Assembly: GCA_964035545.1 (NCBI GenBank)
Contig: OZ037767.1
Span: 23,328,628-23,392,627, forward strand
Direction: 5' to 3'
Length of the DNA stretch: 64,000 bases
DNA from: Bugula neritina
Taxonomy: Eukaryota > Animalia > Bryozoa
The translations under genes and the position numbers were made by a program. The notes under the pieces were generated by a model that was not told the DNA's origin, made no database searches, and saw only the letters and a program-made list of their open reading frames with translations. Below are positions 63,108 to 64,000 of the stretch, piece by piece (the stretch's first letter is position 1; each line of letters begins with the position of its first letter).

Positions 63108-64000
63108 TGTCCAGAGAGTCTATTTATTTGCTATAGAACTGCACCAGGATAAGTCGAGTGAACGAGTATATTTTACACACAATTATACATTATAAAAACG
63201 ATACATTACATCCAGACAAGTTATACATCTAATCTATTTGACACTCTAGCTTCGACTGACTTAGCAGCGGGAAACTATAATTGCTGCTAACTATCAAATA
63301 CGCTAATTGGCTATTCATTGTTCCGGGTCAATTACGCGACCTTACATGTTGTGCTGCTGGTAGTTCCACGAACCACCACACCGCCCCCACCAGCAGAAAG
63401 CCCTCTTTCTGATATATATAAAAAAAAACATTCATTAGTAACCGCATACATCAGTGGACAAAAATAATACATAATATACAGGAAGAGACATAATAATAGG
63501 CAGAGTCATTATAACAATCCGTTACCTACAATTGACCAGCTATAGACGAGGAATACCGGCTAGCTGTGGTATAAGACAGGGAATAACCTGTCAAGCAGTC
63601 AAGCATTTGCACGAGGTCCTGGGTTCCCCCAAGAGAATGAAGTTGCGGATTATTCTGACAGCAGAACTAGTGTCCTTGTTGGGCACGCCGGTGCTTGGCT
63701 TGGCATGTACGCAGTTTCCGTTTCATACGGCATACGGATCCCTTTAGCTGGAAGAGTCCTGTTGTAGTGTTAAGTAGATCTGGTGCCAGCTGGGTGAATT
63801 CTTCTTGTAATCGCAGGAGGCGTTCTTCTACTGTGGCCAGGCGGACTGGGTCTGGGGACGGTGTCCGTCTGCGGCGCAAGGGGGGACTGGGGGACCTGGT
63901 TCGTCTCTTCGTCGGGGTAGGGGAGATCTCTCCTTCTTCTGGATATGTAATCTCCTCGGGGGTGTATGTAATCTGAGGGCGGTCAGACACCAACGGGGAT
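63108..64000 (-). mobile_element. 3' end of a probable LTR retrotransposon: 3' LTR 63380-63108 preceded by a polypurine tract
   Basis: On the minus strand GTGGGGGCGG (63390-63381) is immediately followed by TGTGG...GGACA (273 bp, TG..CA termini) with AATAAA near its end; GC content rises abruptly. 5' LTR, gag and pol would lie beyond the window. Confidence 0.6.
63667..64000 (-). CDS. 5'-partial ORF inside the putative retroelement: Arg/Ser/Pro-rich segment plus possible coiled coil
   Basis: Frame open to the window edge. SPTPTKRRTRSPSPPLRRRRTPSP followed by heptad-like VEERLLRLQEEFTQL..LFQLKGSVCRMKRKL. Confidence 0.45.
   Translation of the reverse strand, partial: SPLVSDRPQITYTPEEITYPEEGEISPTPTKRRTRSPSPPLRRRRTPSPDPVRLATVEERLLRLQEEFTQLAPDLLNTTTGLFQLKGSVCRMKRKLRTCQAKHRRAQQGH

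Overview
AT-rich, intron-rich genomic DNA from an invertebrate animal (taxon inferred, not identifiable with certainty). Hand-splicing gives seven protein-coding genes. (1) A 5'-truncated cation-independent mannose-6-phosphate receptor (CI-MPR/IGF2R-like) gene, +, 36 coding exons, 221-31848, ending in a DXXLL sorting tail. (2) A complete 6-exon rhodopsin-family orphan GPCR (16726-20980) nested on the SAME strand inside one CI-MPR intron. (3) RABL2, +, with a U12-type intron. (4) eIF5A, -. (5) A Y-box cold-shock-domain protein, +. (6) Lipoyltransferase 1, -. (7) Serine palmitoyltransferase 2, +. The window ends in the 3' end of a probable LTR retrotransposon (-). Introns hold three MITEs, a 3.1-kb TIR-bounded element and many micro/minisatellites. 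Most worth follow-up: the same-strand nested GPCR, whose intron phases allow in-frame chimeras with the host; a 13-copy minisatellite made of an exon/intron junction; a ~300-nt GC-rich, hairpin-dense island in a LIPT1 intron (candidate ncRNA); an apparent 13-domain rather than 15-domain receptor with relocated M6P-binding motifs; and hexamer-periodic tracts just downstream of several predicted promoters. No CRISPR array, rRNA or tRNA was seen. Exon coordinates were read by eye and may be off by a few bases.
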